A stretch of DNA of 60,697 nt, the filler included. It is 3 parts of 3 records of this genome, joined end to end, with 100 filler letters (N's around TTAATTAATTAA, not from the genome) between each part and the next. Parts side by side here need not be neighbours in the genome. Positions count along the whole stretch, not along the records: positions 1 to 20,058 come from SRR20825006_1120; 2 more parts are not named here. One strand, written 5' to 3'. The stretch's first letter is position 1, and each line of letters starts with the position of its first letter. Below are positions 1 to 8,955 of the stretch, piece by piece. The notes beneath the pieces were generated by a model. That model saw only the letters and a list, made by a program, of their open reading frames with translations, did no database searches and had not been told where the DNA came from. A program made the position numbers and the translations under genes.

Positions 1-80
1 CCGAAAGTCTTGACGACTTCCGCTACGAATGGCGAGCGATCCACAGCAAAAGCCCTTTGGCCTCCTTCGAATCCAGCCCC

Positions 81-926
81 ATGCCCGAGCCCTCCTGTCG
101 ATCTGTCGCGATCATCGGGTTGGGATTGTTGGGTGGGAGTGTGGCGTTGTCGATTCGCAGACGTTGGCCGTCCGTCCGACTGACCGCCTGCGCCCGATCG
201 CCTGAAACGCGGGCGTTGGCTTTGGATCGCGCGATTGTGGACGAAGTTTTCGACCGCCCCGAGGCCGCCGCGAACGGCTGTGATCTGGCCGTCATCGCAA
301 CGCCGGTGAACCGAATTGCGTCCCTGGCTCAGGAACTTGCGGGGCAATTCCCCGAGCTGACCCTGACCGACGTTGGCAGCACCAAGGGGGGGCTGGTTCG
401 CGAATTAGCGGGGACGACAGCGGCGAAACAGTTCGTTCCGGCTCATCCGATCGCGGGCAGCGAAAAAAGCGGGGCGGAGCACGCACGGGCGGACCTTTTC
501 GACGACAAACCCATCGTGATCACGCCCAGTGGCGAAGAAATGCCGCAGCACATCACCGCCGCGACCGAATTTTGGCGAGCCACCGGCGGACGAATTGTCA
601 CGATGCCGGCCGAACAGCACGATGCCACCTTGGCATTGACGTCTCATTTGCCACACTTGCTGTCGTCGCTCGCCGCCCGCCAAATCACTCGCGAAATGCT
701 CGCTTTGGTTGGCACCGGCTGGCTCGACACCACTCGCGTGGCGGCGGGGGATGCGGACCTTTGGACCGCCATCGTTTCCGAGAACCGCGACGCGATCCTG
801 AGTGCGATCGAACAATCCCGGTCGGACTTGGACACACTGCAAACCATCGTGGACCAGGGCGACGACATTGCCCTGCGAACCTGGCTCGACACCGCCAAAC
901 AAATTCGACAATCCGCTCAAACCTGA
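81..926 (+). CDS. tyrA: prephenate/arogenate dehydrogenase
   Basis: Rossmann motif IIGLGLLGGS, TDVGSTK, HPIAGSEKSG, SHLPHL and DTTRVA. ATG at 81 preferred over TTG at 57. Confidence 0.9.
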   Translation: MPEPSCRSVAIIGLGLLGGSVALSIRRRWPSVRLTACARSPETRALALDRAIVDEVFDRPEAAANGCDLAVIATPVNRIASLAQELAGQFPELTLTDVGSTKGGLVRELAGTTAAKQFVPAHPIAGSEKSGAEHARADLFDDKPIVITPSGEEMPQHITAATEFWRATGGRIVTMPAEQHDATLALTSHLPHLLSSLAARQITREMLALVGTGWLDTTRVAAGDADLWTAIVSENRDAILSAIEQSRSDLDTLQTIVDQGDDIALRTWLDTAKQIRQSAQT

Positions 927-995
927 CCGCGACCGCCCGTGGCCAAGGTTGCCTGATCTTCTCCCGTCTCCATCCTCATTCCCCGATCTCGCACC

Positions 996-3900
996 ATGCC
1001 GCTTTGGCAAATCGACATTCATCCTGCTCCCGGTCAAATCGATCGACTCGGCGAACAAACGGCTCGTGAAATTCATGAACTCGGATTGGGCGACGACCTG
1101 CTGATCGCCGCTGCACGGGGATACTTGATCCAAGCCGACATCGACGAAGCTTCCGCCAACGAAATTGCGTCGACGTTGCTGGCCGATTCCATCACGGAAT
1201 CGGTCGTCGTCGGGCATCCTGGCAAAGACGCTTCGCTGGTCGAAGCCGACCTGTCCGAGGCCCCCGAATCGTTGATGGAATTGCTGGCCGAGCGTGGCAT
1301 CGAATCCGAACCGCACCTGGTGCACGTGATGCCCAAACCCGGTGTGATGGATCCGGTCGCCGCCAGTACCCAAGGCGCGCTCGCCGATCGGGGTGTTGAA
1401 GGCAGCACAGTCAAAACGTTCCGCAAATTCTGGATCGCGGGCACCGACGAAGCCCAACTGGAAACGATCTGCCGCCGTGCCCTGTCAAACGATTCCATCG
1501 AAGCCTTTGTGATCGGGCCGTTGACGATGGATCGATTGGATGTCGGCTCGGCGGGCGAATTTGAATTGGTGCACGTGCCGATTCGCGAACTCGATGACGC
1601 CGGATTGGAAAAACTTTCCAAGGAAGGCCAGCTGTATCTGACGCTGGTCGAGATGCAAACGATCCGCGATCACTTCGTCGAACTGGGACGTGACCCAACC
1701 GACATCGAATTGGAATCGGTCGCCCAAACTTGGTCGGAACACTGCAGCCACAAAACACTGGCTGGCCGGATTCACTACAAGGGTCCTGGTGCGGATGGCA
1801 CACCCGGCGGCGACGAACGCCAGTACAACAACATGCTCAAAGAAACGATCTTTGAAGCAACCCAAACCATTCGTCGCTCCCTGGGCGATGACGATTGGTG
1901 CGTCAGCGTGTTCAAAGACAACGCGGGCATCGTGACCTTCGACGAACAAGACCACGTGTGCTTCAAAGTCGAAACGCACAATCACCCGTCGGCGCTCGAA
2001 CCCTACGGCGGTGCCAACACGGGAATCGGTGGCGTGATCCGGGACCCGATGGGCACCGGCATGGGAGCCAAACCCGTCTGCAATACCGACGTGTTCTGCT
2101 TCGCCCCACCGGACGTTTCACCTGAAGAACTGCCACCGGGCGTGCTGCACCCCCGCCGAGTCATCCAAGGCGTCGTGTCCGGCGTGCGTGACTACGGCAA
2201 CCGAATGGGAATCCCCACAGTCAACGGTGCGGTCTACTTTGACGAACGTTATCTCGGCAACCCGCTGGTTTACTGCGGCAACGTTGGCATCATTCCTGTC
2301 GGCATGGAAGACAAGGAAGTCAAACCCAACGACTTGATCGTCGCGGTTGGCGGACGCACCGGACGAGACGGGATCCATGGGGCAACGTTCAGCAGTGCGG
2401 AACTGACCAGCGAATCTGAATCGCTGTCCGGCGGTGCCGTCCAAATCGGCAACGCGATCACCGAAAAGATGGTGCTCGACGTGCTGATGCAAGCTCGCGA
2501 TCGCGGGCTGTACAACGCGGTCACGGACTGCGGTGCAGGCGGCTTCAGCAGCGCGGTTGGCGAAATGGGCGAAGAGCTCGGTGCCGAAGTTTGGCTGGAC
2601 AAAGCCCCATTGAAATACGATGGCCTGACTTACACCGAGATCTGGATCTCCGAAGCTCAAGAACGCATGGTCTTGGCCGTTCCCCAAGAACGTTGGGACG
2701 AACTGCGTGAACTGTGCGAAAGCGAAGGCGTCGAGGCCGCCGCGATCGGCCGCTTCGTTCCCACTGGTCGACTGCAGTTGAACTTCCATGGCCAAACGGT
2801 CGGCGACGTCGCCATGTCGTTCTTGCACGACGGACGTCCGCCCGTGATTCGCGACGCGATCTACGAACCACCCAAAGCGAAACCATTGTCAATCGGCGAC
2901 CGCGATGCTGCGGCCAACTCCGAAACCCTGCTCAAGATCCTGGGCAGCTACAACGTCGCCAGCAAGCACTGGGTGATCCGCCAATACGATCACGAAGTCC
3001 AAGCGGGCAGCGTCGTCAAACCCTTGGTCGGCCCACAATGCGATGGCCCCGGCGACGCCGCTGTCGTGCGTCCCAAACTGAACAGCCGTCGTGGGTTGGT
3101 GATCAGTTGCGGCATGAACCCGCACTACGGCGACTTCGACACGTATCACATGGCCGCTTCGGCGATCGACGAAGCCATGCGGAACGCAGTCGCGGTCGGT
3201 GCTGATCCTTCCAAGATCGCCATCCTCGACAACTTCTGCTGGGGATACACCGATCGAGCCGAAACGCTGGGGTCGCTCGTCCGGGCCGCGATCGCTTGCC
3301 AAGACCTCGCGGTCACTTTGGGCACGCCGTTCGTCAGCGGCAAAGACAGCCTGAACAACGAGTTCAGCTACTTCGACGACAAGAACGAAAAGGAAACCAT
3401 CGCGATTCCGCCCAGCCTGCTGATCAGTGCGATGGGCCAAATCGACGATGTCAGCAAATCAATCACGATGGACGCGAAGGAAGCCGGCAACGTGATCTTC
3501 CTGGTTGGCGAAACGCATCGCGAACTCGGCGGCTCGCACTACGGCTTGGTCGAAAACGAACCCGGCGGTGCGGTCCCTGAGGTCGACGCAAAGTTGGCGA
3601 AGAAAACGTTTGCGACCGTCCACCAAGCGATCCAGTCACGACTGGTCCGCTCGTGCCACGACCTGTGCGAAGGCGGCCTGGCGGTCGCTGCGGTCGAAAT
3701 GGCTTTGGCCGGCGGATTGGGCATGAACCTCGACCTCGCAACCGTTTCTCGCGAGCAACCCTCCAACGATGGCGTGCTCACCGCAGCCGCATTGTCAGCC
3801 ACGGAAGTTCTATTCAGCGAATCAAACACTCGATTCCTGATGGAATGTGCCCCCGAATCAGCCGAAGCTCTGTCCAAGATTTTCGCGGACTCCGGGATCA

Positions 3901-4025
3901 GCCTGACTCGTTTGGGCGAGGTCACCGATTCGGGCCAATTCACAGTCCGCGACGGTGACGCCGTGGTGCTGGAAACCGACATCGCGACCGCAAAATCGGC
4001 CTGGCAAGCCCCTCTGGATTGGTGA
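996..4025 (+). CDS. purL: phosphoribosylformylglycinamidine synthase PurL with two N-terminal PurS-like domains and no glutaminase domain
   Basis: [41 protein letters not shown] and VSGKDS motifs. The N-terminus has two PurS-like segments (e.g. [10 protein letters not shown]...LSNDSIE). Confidence 0.95.
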   Translation: MPLWQIDIHPAPGQIDRLGEQTAREIHELGLGDDLLIAAARGYLIQADIDEASANEIASTLLADSITESVVVGHPGKDASLVEADLSEAPESLMELLAERGIESEPHLVHVMPKPGVMDPVAASTQGALADRGVEGSTVKTFRKFWIAGTDEAQLETICRRALSNDSIEAFVIGPLTMDRLDVGSAGEFELVHVPIRELDDAGLEKLSKEGQLYLTLVEMQTIRDHFVELGRDPTDIELESVAQTWSEHCSHKTLAGRIHYKGPGADGTPGGDERQYNNMLKETIFEATQTIRRSLGDDDWCVSVFKDNAGIVTFDEQDHVCFKVETHNHPSALEPYGGANTGIGGVIRDPMGTGMGAKPVCNTDVFCFAPPDVSPEELPPGVLHPRRVIQGVVSGVRDYGNRMGIPTVNGAVYFDERYLGNPLVYCGNVGIIPVGMEDKEVKPNDLIVAVGGRTGRDGIHGATFSSAELTSESESLSGGAVQIGNAITEKMVLDVLMQARDRGLYNAVTDCGAGGFSSAVGEMGEELGAEVWLDKAPLKYDGLTYTEIWISEAQERMVLAVPQERWDELRELCESEGVEAAAIGRFVPTGRLQLNFHGQTVGDVAMSFLHDGRPPVIRDAIYEPPKAKPLSIGDRDAAANSETLLKILGSYNVASKHWVIRQYDHEVQAGSVVKPLVGPQCDGPGDAAVVRPKLNSRRGLVISCGMNPHYGDFDTYHMAASAIDEAMRNAVAVGADPSKIAILDNFCWGYTDRAETLGSLVRAAIACQDLAVTLGTPFVSGKDSLNNEFSYFDDKNEKETIAIPPSLLISAMGQIDDVSKSITMDAKEAGNVIFLVGETHRELGGSHYGLVENEPGGAVPEVDAKLAKKTFATVHQAIQSRLVRSCHDLCEGGLAVAAVEMALAGGLGMNLDLATVSREQPSNDGVLTAAALSATEVLFSESNTRFLMECAPESAEALSKIFADSGISLTRLGEVTDSGQFTVRDGDAVVLETDIATAKSAWQAPLDW

Positions 4026-4075
4026 TTTAGAACCAATTTGGAAGCAAACTTCCTCAGAAGCTTGCTAAATTCGCA

Positions 4076-4648
4076 TTGAACCGCGAGCTGGTTTATTCTG
4101 TAATTGCTACAGAATGCATCAGCTTGGCGAAAAATCGCCGACAAAAACGAACAACTTCAACCATTTGGCACCGCGTGGAACTCTGGGTCCGTCGAATCGC
4201 TTTGATCGCATATGTGGTCGGTGGCTGGCTTTTGCCGGCTGCCCACCATCATGTGGCGACGTGCGATTCCACCCATTCCCATGCTGGCATTCACGACGAT
4301 TGCTCTCATACGCATTCGCCTGAAAATGTCGCCGGTTGTTGCTCGCACTCGAGCTCCGCGGACGCGGTCCAGCATGCACCGCTACCGCCAGGTGGCTCGG
4401 AAGAATTGCTGGTCTGGGAAACGAGCCTGCCGTCCGCAGAGATCGTTTCGAATGACCAGCATTCTCATCAATGCGGTGACCTCTGTGCGTTGTGCAACGC
4501 TCGCACGATGGCTGATACCCCGATCGCGGCCTCCGTCCAACGCGAAATGGCTCGCTGCACGGCGAGTCACCGGATCGAATCGACGACCCTTGAAGACTCG
4601 GCAGATTGCTGGCGTCCGTACACACGCGGCCCACCTTCTTTGACCTGA
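4076..4648 (+). CDS. His/Cys-rich DUF2946-like protein with CxxC and C-terminal RGPP (putative ribosome-arrest leader); true start uncertain
   Basis: Hydrophobic segment RRIALIAYVVGGWLLPAA, then a His/Cys-rich region, CALC (4484-4495) and RGPP (4625-4636) three residues before the stop. Confidence 0.7.
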   Translation: MNRELVYSVIATECISLAKNRRQKRTTSTIWHRVELWVRRIALIAYVVGGWLLPAAHHHVATCDSTHSHAGIHDDCSHTHSPENVAGCCSHSSSADAVQHAPLPPGGSEELLVWETSLPSAEIVSNDQHSHQCGDLCALCNARTMADTPIAASVQREMARCTASHRIESTTLEDSADCWRPYTRGPPSLT

Positions 4649-4749
4649 AAACTGCCGTTTTGGCTTGCGGTGAAAACCAGTTTCACTGTAACGCAAACTC
4701 ACTGTCTTCCATCGAGAGCCAATGCGCTCTCATTTTCAGGTCTCATTCC

Positions 4750-5763
4750 ATGTCACACATTTCCTGCCCAGCGGCGCGTGCCCACGCAAATCCAAGCAAC
4801 CGATCGACTTCTGGAGCTTCCCTTCGCAAGGCTTTCACACTCGTTGAACTGTTGGTCGTGATCGCCATCATTGGCGTTCTTGTTGGCCTGCTGCTGCCAG
4901 CCGTCCAGGCCGCCCGCGAGGCCGCCCGCCGGATGTCGTGCCAAAACAACCTGCATCAAATGGGCATCGCCCTGCACAACTACCACGGCATCTTCAATCA
5001 GTTGCCCAGCGGTTGGTTGGCCGACGACATCGATCACCACGAACCCGGCTGGGGCTGGGCCGCCGCGATCACGCCGCAAATTGAAAGCGGAAACATCTAC
5101 GACACCATTCAATTCGGAATGGCCATTGAAGAAGACGAGAACCAACAAGCACGTGAATCATCGATCCCAAGCTACATGTGCCCCAGCGATCCGCTAGAGA
5201 CACTGTTCTTCATCGCCGAAGCTCACGGGGATGGTCATGGGCACGAACATGACCACTCAGCAGCGTTGGATGACGACGACGACGATGATCACGACGACGA
5301 ACACGAGAGCGGGCACAACGTCGACGACGGCGACGAGTTCTTGTTCAAAATCGCCAAAAGCAACTACGCCGGCGTGTTCGGAACGTTTGACATCCACGAC
5401 GACATGTATCACGGCGACGGTTTGTTCTACGGCAACAGCCGCCACCGTTTCCGAGACGTGCTGGATGGACTGAGCCAGACCGTGATGGTCGGTGAACGCA
5501 ACAGTCGTTTGGGTGGCTCGATTTGGCAAGGGCTGATCCCCGAAGCCAATGCCGCCGCGTCTCGCATCGTTGGTGCAGCCGATCACACTCCGAACAGTGA
5601 TGCCGGCCACTTTGAAGACTTCAGCAGCTATCACGCCGCCGGTGCACAATTCGTCCTGAGTGATGGATCGGTGCGAATGCTGTCGCAGTTCATTGACTTG
5701 AAGGTCTACCACGCCTTGGTGACCCGTGCCAATTACGAAGTCATCGAAGCCGACTCCTTCTGA
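4750..5763 (+). CDS. DUF1559 family prepilin-type N-terminal cleavage/methylation protein with His/Asp-rich insertion
   Basis: AFTLVELLVVIAIIGVLVGLLLPAVQAAREAARRMSCQNNL, YMCPSD, DGLSQTVMVGE and the H-X9-DG motif (HAAGAQFVLSDG). ATG at 4750. Confidence 0.92.
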   Translation: MSHISCPAARAHANPSNRSTSGASLRKAFTLVELLVVIAIIGVLVGLLLPAVQAAREAARRMSCQNNLHQMGIALHNYHGIFNQLPSGWLADDIDHHEPGWGWAAAITPQIESGNIYDTIQFGMAIEEDENQQARESSIPSYMCPSDPLETLFFIAEAHGDGHGHEHDHSAALDDDDDDDHDDEHESGHNVDDGDEFLFKIAKSNYAGVFGTFDIHDDMYHGDGLFYGNSRHRFRDVLDGLSQTVMVGERNSRLGGSIWQGLIPEANAAASRIVGAADHTPNSDAGHFEDFSSYHAAGAQFVLSDGSVRMLSQFIDLKVYHALVTRANYEVIEADSF

Positions 5764-6939
5764 TCAGGCCGCCGACTTCCGGGCTGCTTGGGTTGGCGCT
5801 AGCCATCCTCGCATGCCATCCAGATCCGCCGACCAGGCTTCACTGGTTCGGCGGTCACAGAATGTATGGAACAACCCGTCGATCGTGTCGCTGAGCGTTC
5901 GCACCGCTTCGATGCGATCTTCGGGACCGAAGTCGTCGTCATCTTCATCCAAATGGATGCGAGCGCCACTGATCCCGAACGTCTCCGCTTGCAGAGTCAG
6001 GTCAAATTGCTGGCCTTCGCGAATCAACGTCATACCTGTCTTGCGAGGCAACTTGCCACTTTGGATCGCACGCATGGCCTCGGGCAATTTGACAGGGCAC
6101 TCCGCGGAAATGGACTCTTTGCCTGACTCTCCGATGGGACATTCCAGCGAAAGCGTCTTGGCCAGCATCAGCGTGACTTCGGTTCCGTCGAACGTCTCAA
6201 TCGTGTCGGTTTCCGTTTCCAGCATCCACCACAGCCACAGCAAAAACTCGTTGCCAAGGAAGTCTGGTGACTGGGAATGCTCGTTCGCCCATGCGACACC
6301 GCTGAACCCTTCACCGGTGACGAAACTGGCGGGCATCACATCATCCATTTCGGCATAGCGATCGTTTTCGCGAGCCCAATCCTGCGCGACGACACCCGCA
6401 CTGATGTGCCCGCATTCGATTCCGAACACACGTTCGAGCAGATCGACGCAGTGACCACTGCCGGTGCCTGCGGTTCCGCCGTAATAAAGCAGATCGCGAC
6501 TGCAGTCCCACAACAAAGCGTGCTGTTGAAACTTGCGGTACTTGCCCGTTGCGGCTTCATTTTCACAGCGTTGCTCGACCGCTTCCTTGGCTTCTTTGCG
6601 TTGCGACTTCGTCGGTTTCCCGCCCGGATTTTCACGGCTCAATGCCGCGAGCTCCATCGACAACCAAGCCTTCTTGATCACCGAAGGCACTTGGTTGGTG
6701 TCGACGCGAACACCAAAGTGCACAGCATCATCGATGATGTTTTTCGCCAGATCAAAATCTTGATCGAAAAGGTGATCGCCGCCCAGAAAACCCAAATGCA
6801 CGTTTTCTTCGTTGGCGGTTTCCGTTCGCCCGGCCACGTTCTCTGCCATCCGCTCGATGTGTTCTTGCCCAAATGGGCCGTCTTCAAATTGATTGACGCG
6901 AAATCGTTCAAAAGAAAGGCTACCGGAGAGAAACGGCAT
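5764..6939 (-). CDS. RdgC-like recombination-associated protein (divergent)
   Basis: N-terminal MPFLSGSLSFERFRV, RVDTNQVP, KSQRKEAKEAV and a C-terminal half with DFLGNEFLLWLWW resemble RdgC-family proteins. Recognition only. Confidence 0.55.
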   Translation of the reverse strand: MPFLSGSLSFERFRVNQFEDGPFGQEHIERMAENVAGRTETANEENVHLGFLGGDHLFDQDFDLAKNIIDDAVHFGVRVDTNQVPSVIKKAWLSMELAALSRENPGGKPTKSQRKEAKEAVEQRCENEAATGKYRKFQQHALLWDCSRDLLYYGGTAGTGSGHCVDLLERVFGIECGHISAGVVAQDWARENDRYAEMDDVMPASFVTGEGFSGVAWANEHSQSPDFLGNEFLLWLWWMLETETDTIETFDGTEVTLMLAKTLSLECPIGESGKESISAECPVKLPEAMRAIQSGKLPRKTGMTLIREGQQFDLTLQAETFGISGARIHLDEDDDDFGPEDRIEAVRTLSDTIDGLFHTFCDRRTSEAWSADLDGMRGWLAPTQAARKSAA

Positions 6940-7127
6940 GAATGAGAATCCCAATCAATCGATGAGCGGAAGAAACCAGCCACTCCGTGTCGGCTGTGTC
7001 GTTGGCTTATCGTCCAACCTCAGCCTAGAAATTGCCGCGCTATCGCCAGACCATCGCAACACCGCAACCTGCCCAGCCGGAATAACCGGCCGGCGACGAC
7101 CACTCACGAGACCGGCTTTTCCGCCGA

Positions 7128-8150
7128 CTACTTTTTCGCTGGCGTCGGAGCAACAAACCGAAAACGGTTCATCTTGTCACGCGGATCCTCTTCAACGAAG
7201 TCGCGGACCGCTGCCTCGACTTCTTCACGATGCTTGCGTGGCAACTCATTGATAATCGACTTCATCGATTTCTTCTTCAGCTCCATCCAGTCGTCATAGT
7301 AGTCCTTCCGAACCTCTTCGATCTTCTCGCTGAGTTTTGCTTGGGCTTTTTCATCCAAACCGAAGTCTTCCGCCAATCCATTGATCATCGCAAACTCGTC
7401 GCCGTGCTTGCGTCTCAATCGCTCAATTCTAATCTTCAATGACAGCTTCTCGGATTGCTCCGGCGTGAGGATGGTCTGTGAGCTCATCACCACTTCCTGC
7501 AAAACTTCATTTCGCCGCCCAATGTCGAGTCTCTCTTCGCCGTTCCGCAACTCTTCGGAGGCACTTCGATATTTCCTTTGCACTTCGCTCAACTCCACCC
7601 GCTGCTCGGCGGTCAGTCCCAACTTGTCTGCAAGTTCCGTGTCAAAGGACAGACGCATCAGCTCCGTCTGGATCTGCCTGAGCTTGCTCATTTCCTGGTA
7701 CTGCTCAGGGGAATAGCTTCGAGCGCGAGGTTGGGCAGCTAGCTCGGCCCGCTTCTTCGCAATGTGTTCGGTTAGCTTTGATTGCTGATCCTTACTGAGC
7801 ACGTCTTTGGCGTCGCGAACCGCCGTGTCCATCAATTCCTTCATCTCTTCGTGGGAGATGCGTTCACCCGGTTTTGCCCGAAACCCTTTCATCGACGCAT
7901 CGCGATACTTCTGCATCGCAACCAGAATCGTCTTCCGTTGCTCAGGTGACAAACCAATCTCATCGGAGAGCTTTGTGTCATTGACGATCGACTGAAGTTC
8001 AAAAAGTCCAAATGCCGTCGGCTTTGCATCCGCTTCTTGGCCCGATCCATTCGAAGCATCTTGAGAATGGACGTAGCCTGGACGCCCCAAAAGGCCAAAA
8101 CAAACGAGAAAGAAACAACCTGAAGTAATCACTGATACAGAGCGTTTCAT
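7128..8150 (-). CDS. exported helical protein with repeated LTxxQ-like (Spy/CpxP-type) motifs
   Basis: Signal-like N-terminus (MKRSVSVITSGCFFLVCFGLL); motifs GLSPEQ, LSKDQ, GLTAEQ and LTPEQ. Confidence 0.6.
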   Translation of the reverse strand: MKRSVSVITSGCFFLVCFGLLGRPGYVHSQDASNGSGQEADAKPTAFGLFELQSIVNDTKLSDEIGLSPEQRKTILVAMQKYRDASMKGFRAKPGERISHEEMKELMDTAVRDAKDVLSKDQQSKLTEHIAKKRAELAAQPRARSYSPEQYQEMSKLRQIQTELMRLSFDTELADKLGLTAEQRVELSEVQRKYRSASEELRNGEERLDIGRRNEVLQEVVMSSQTILTPEQSEKLSLKIRIERLRRKHGDEFAMINGLAEDFGLDEKAQAKLSEKIEEVRKDYYDDWMELKKKSMKSIINELPRKHREEVEAAVRDFVEEDPRDKMNRFRFVAPTPAKK

Positions 8151-8322
8151 TGAAGTCAAACTTTCCTTGTGAGCAACAGAGGAATGAGCCGGCACCCCAA
8201 TGACCCGGCAGAATGCATTCACGCCAAGAGTCTACCGCAGTCGCGAAGAACAATCTGAGACCAACATGAAGACTGAGCAAAGATAACGCTCCCGTATACC
8301 CGCGTTCCCATTCCGCTACCGC

Positions 8323-8940
8323 CTACGAACGTCGTCCTATGCCGGGATACACATGGTCTTCAGTGACAACCATGTCCATGCGAATGTCATGCGTTTGCAC
8401 GGGGACCGCATCGACCATCTGACATTCAAATGCCAACCCAATCAAACGGGTATCCGATCGGACGTTACCAAGAAGCTTGTCGTAGTAACCCTTGCCGTGC
8501 CCAACACGACCTCCATGACGATCAAACGCAACGCCAGGAACCAAGACAACATCTAGATCGTTTGAGCGAACACGCTTAGAGACGAGGTCTCGCAGTTCTT
8601 CACGCGGCTCGAGGATCTCGTACATGCCTTCGGCAAGCTCATCCATTGACTCGAGACGAAACAGCTCCAATTCGCCGTCCAAACAGAAAGGCACAACAAT
8701 CCTTTTGCCGCTATCGATGGCCAATGGCAATGCGTGCCGAGTTCTCACTTCGGACCGAACGTCGATGTACCACATCACGCACTCAGCCTCTTGATAGACC
8801 GGCAAGTGCGTGACGGTGCTTACAATGAGCTGGCTCAAACCGCCCTTGTCCGCTTGCTCTCGCCGTGCCGCTTGTGCCGCCGCACGAACGTCCTGCTTGC
8901 GCGCAACCAGCGATTCGTCCTCTGAGGTCATTTTCACCAA
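8323..8940 (-). CDS. 5-formyltetrahydrofolate cyclo-ligase
   Basis: DVVLVPGVAFDRHGGRVGHGKGYYDKLL and HDIRMDMVVTE. The start may be the ATG at 8931. Confidence 0.93.
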   Translation of the reverse strand: MVKMTSEDESLVARKQDVRAAAQAARREQADKGGLSQLIVSTVTHLPVYQEAECVMWYIDVRSEVRTRHALPLAIDSGKRIVVPFCLDGELELFRLESMDELAEGMYEILEPREELRDLVSKRVRSNDLDVVLVPGVAFDRHGGRVGHGKGYYDKLLGNVRSDTRLIGLAFECQMVDAVPVQTHDIRMDMVVTEDHVYPGIGRRS

Positions 8941-8955
8941 ACCTGATGTCGACGC

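Noticed and set aside
405-4144. Long antisense and alternate-frame ORFs over tyrA and purL
   Set aside because: Shadow ORFs expected from GC-rich codon bias; no recognisable motifs.
8941-8955. 6S RNA upstream of the 5-FTHF cyclo-ligase gene
   Set aside because: Only ~15 nt separate it from rhaB, so there is no room.
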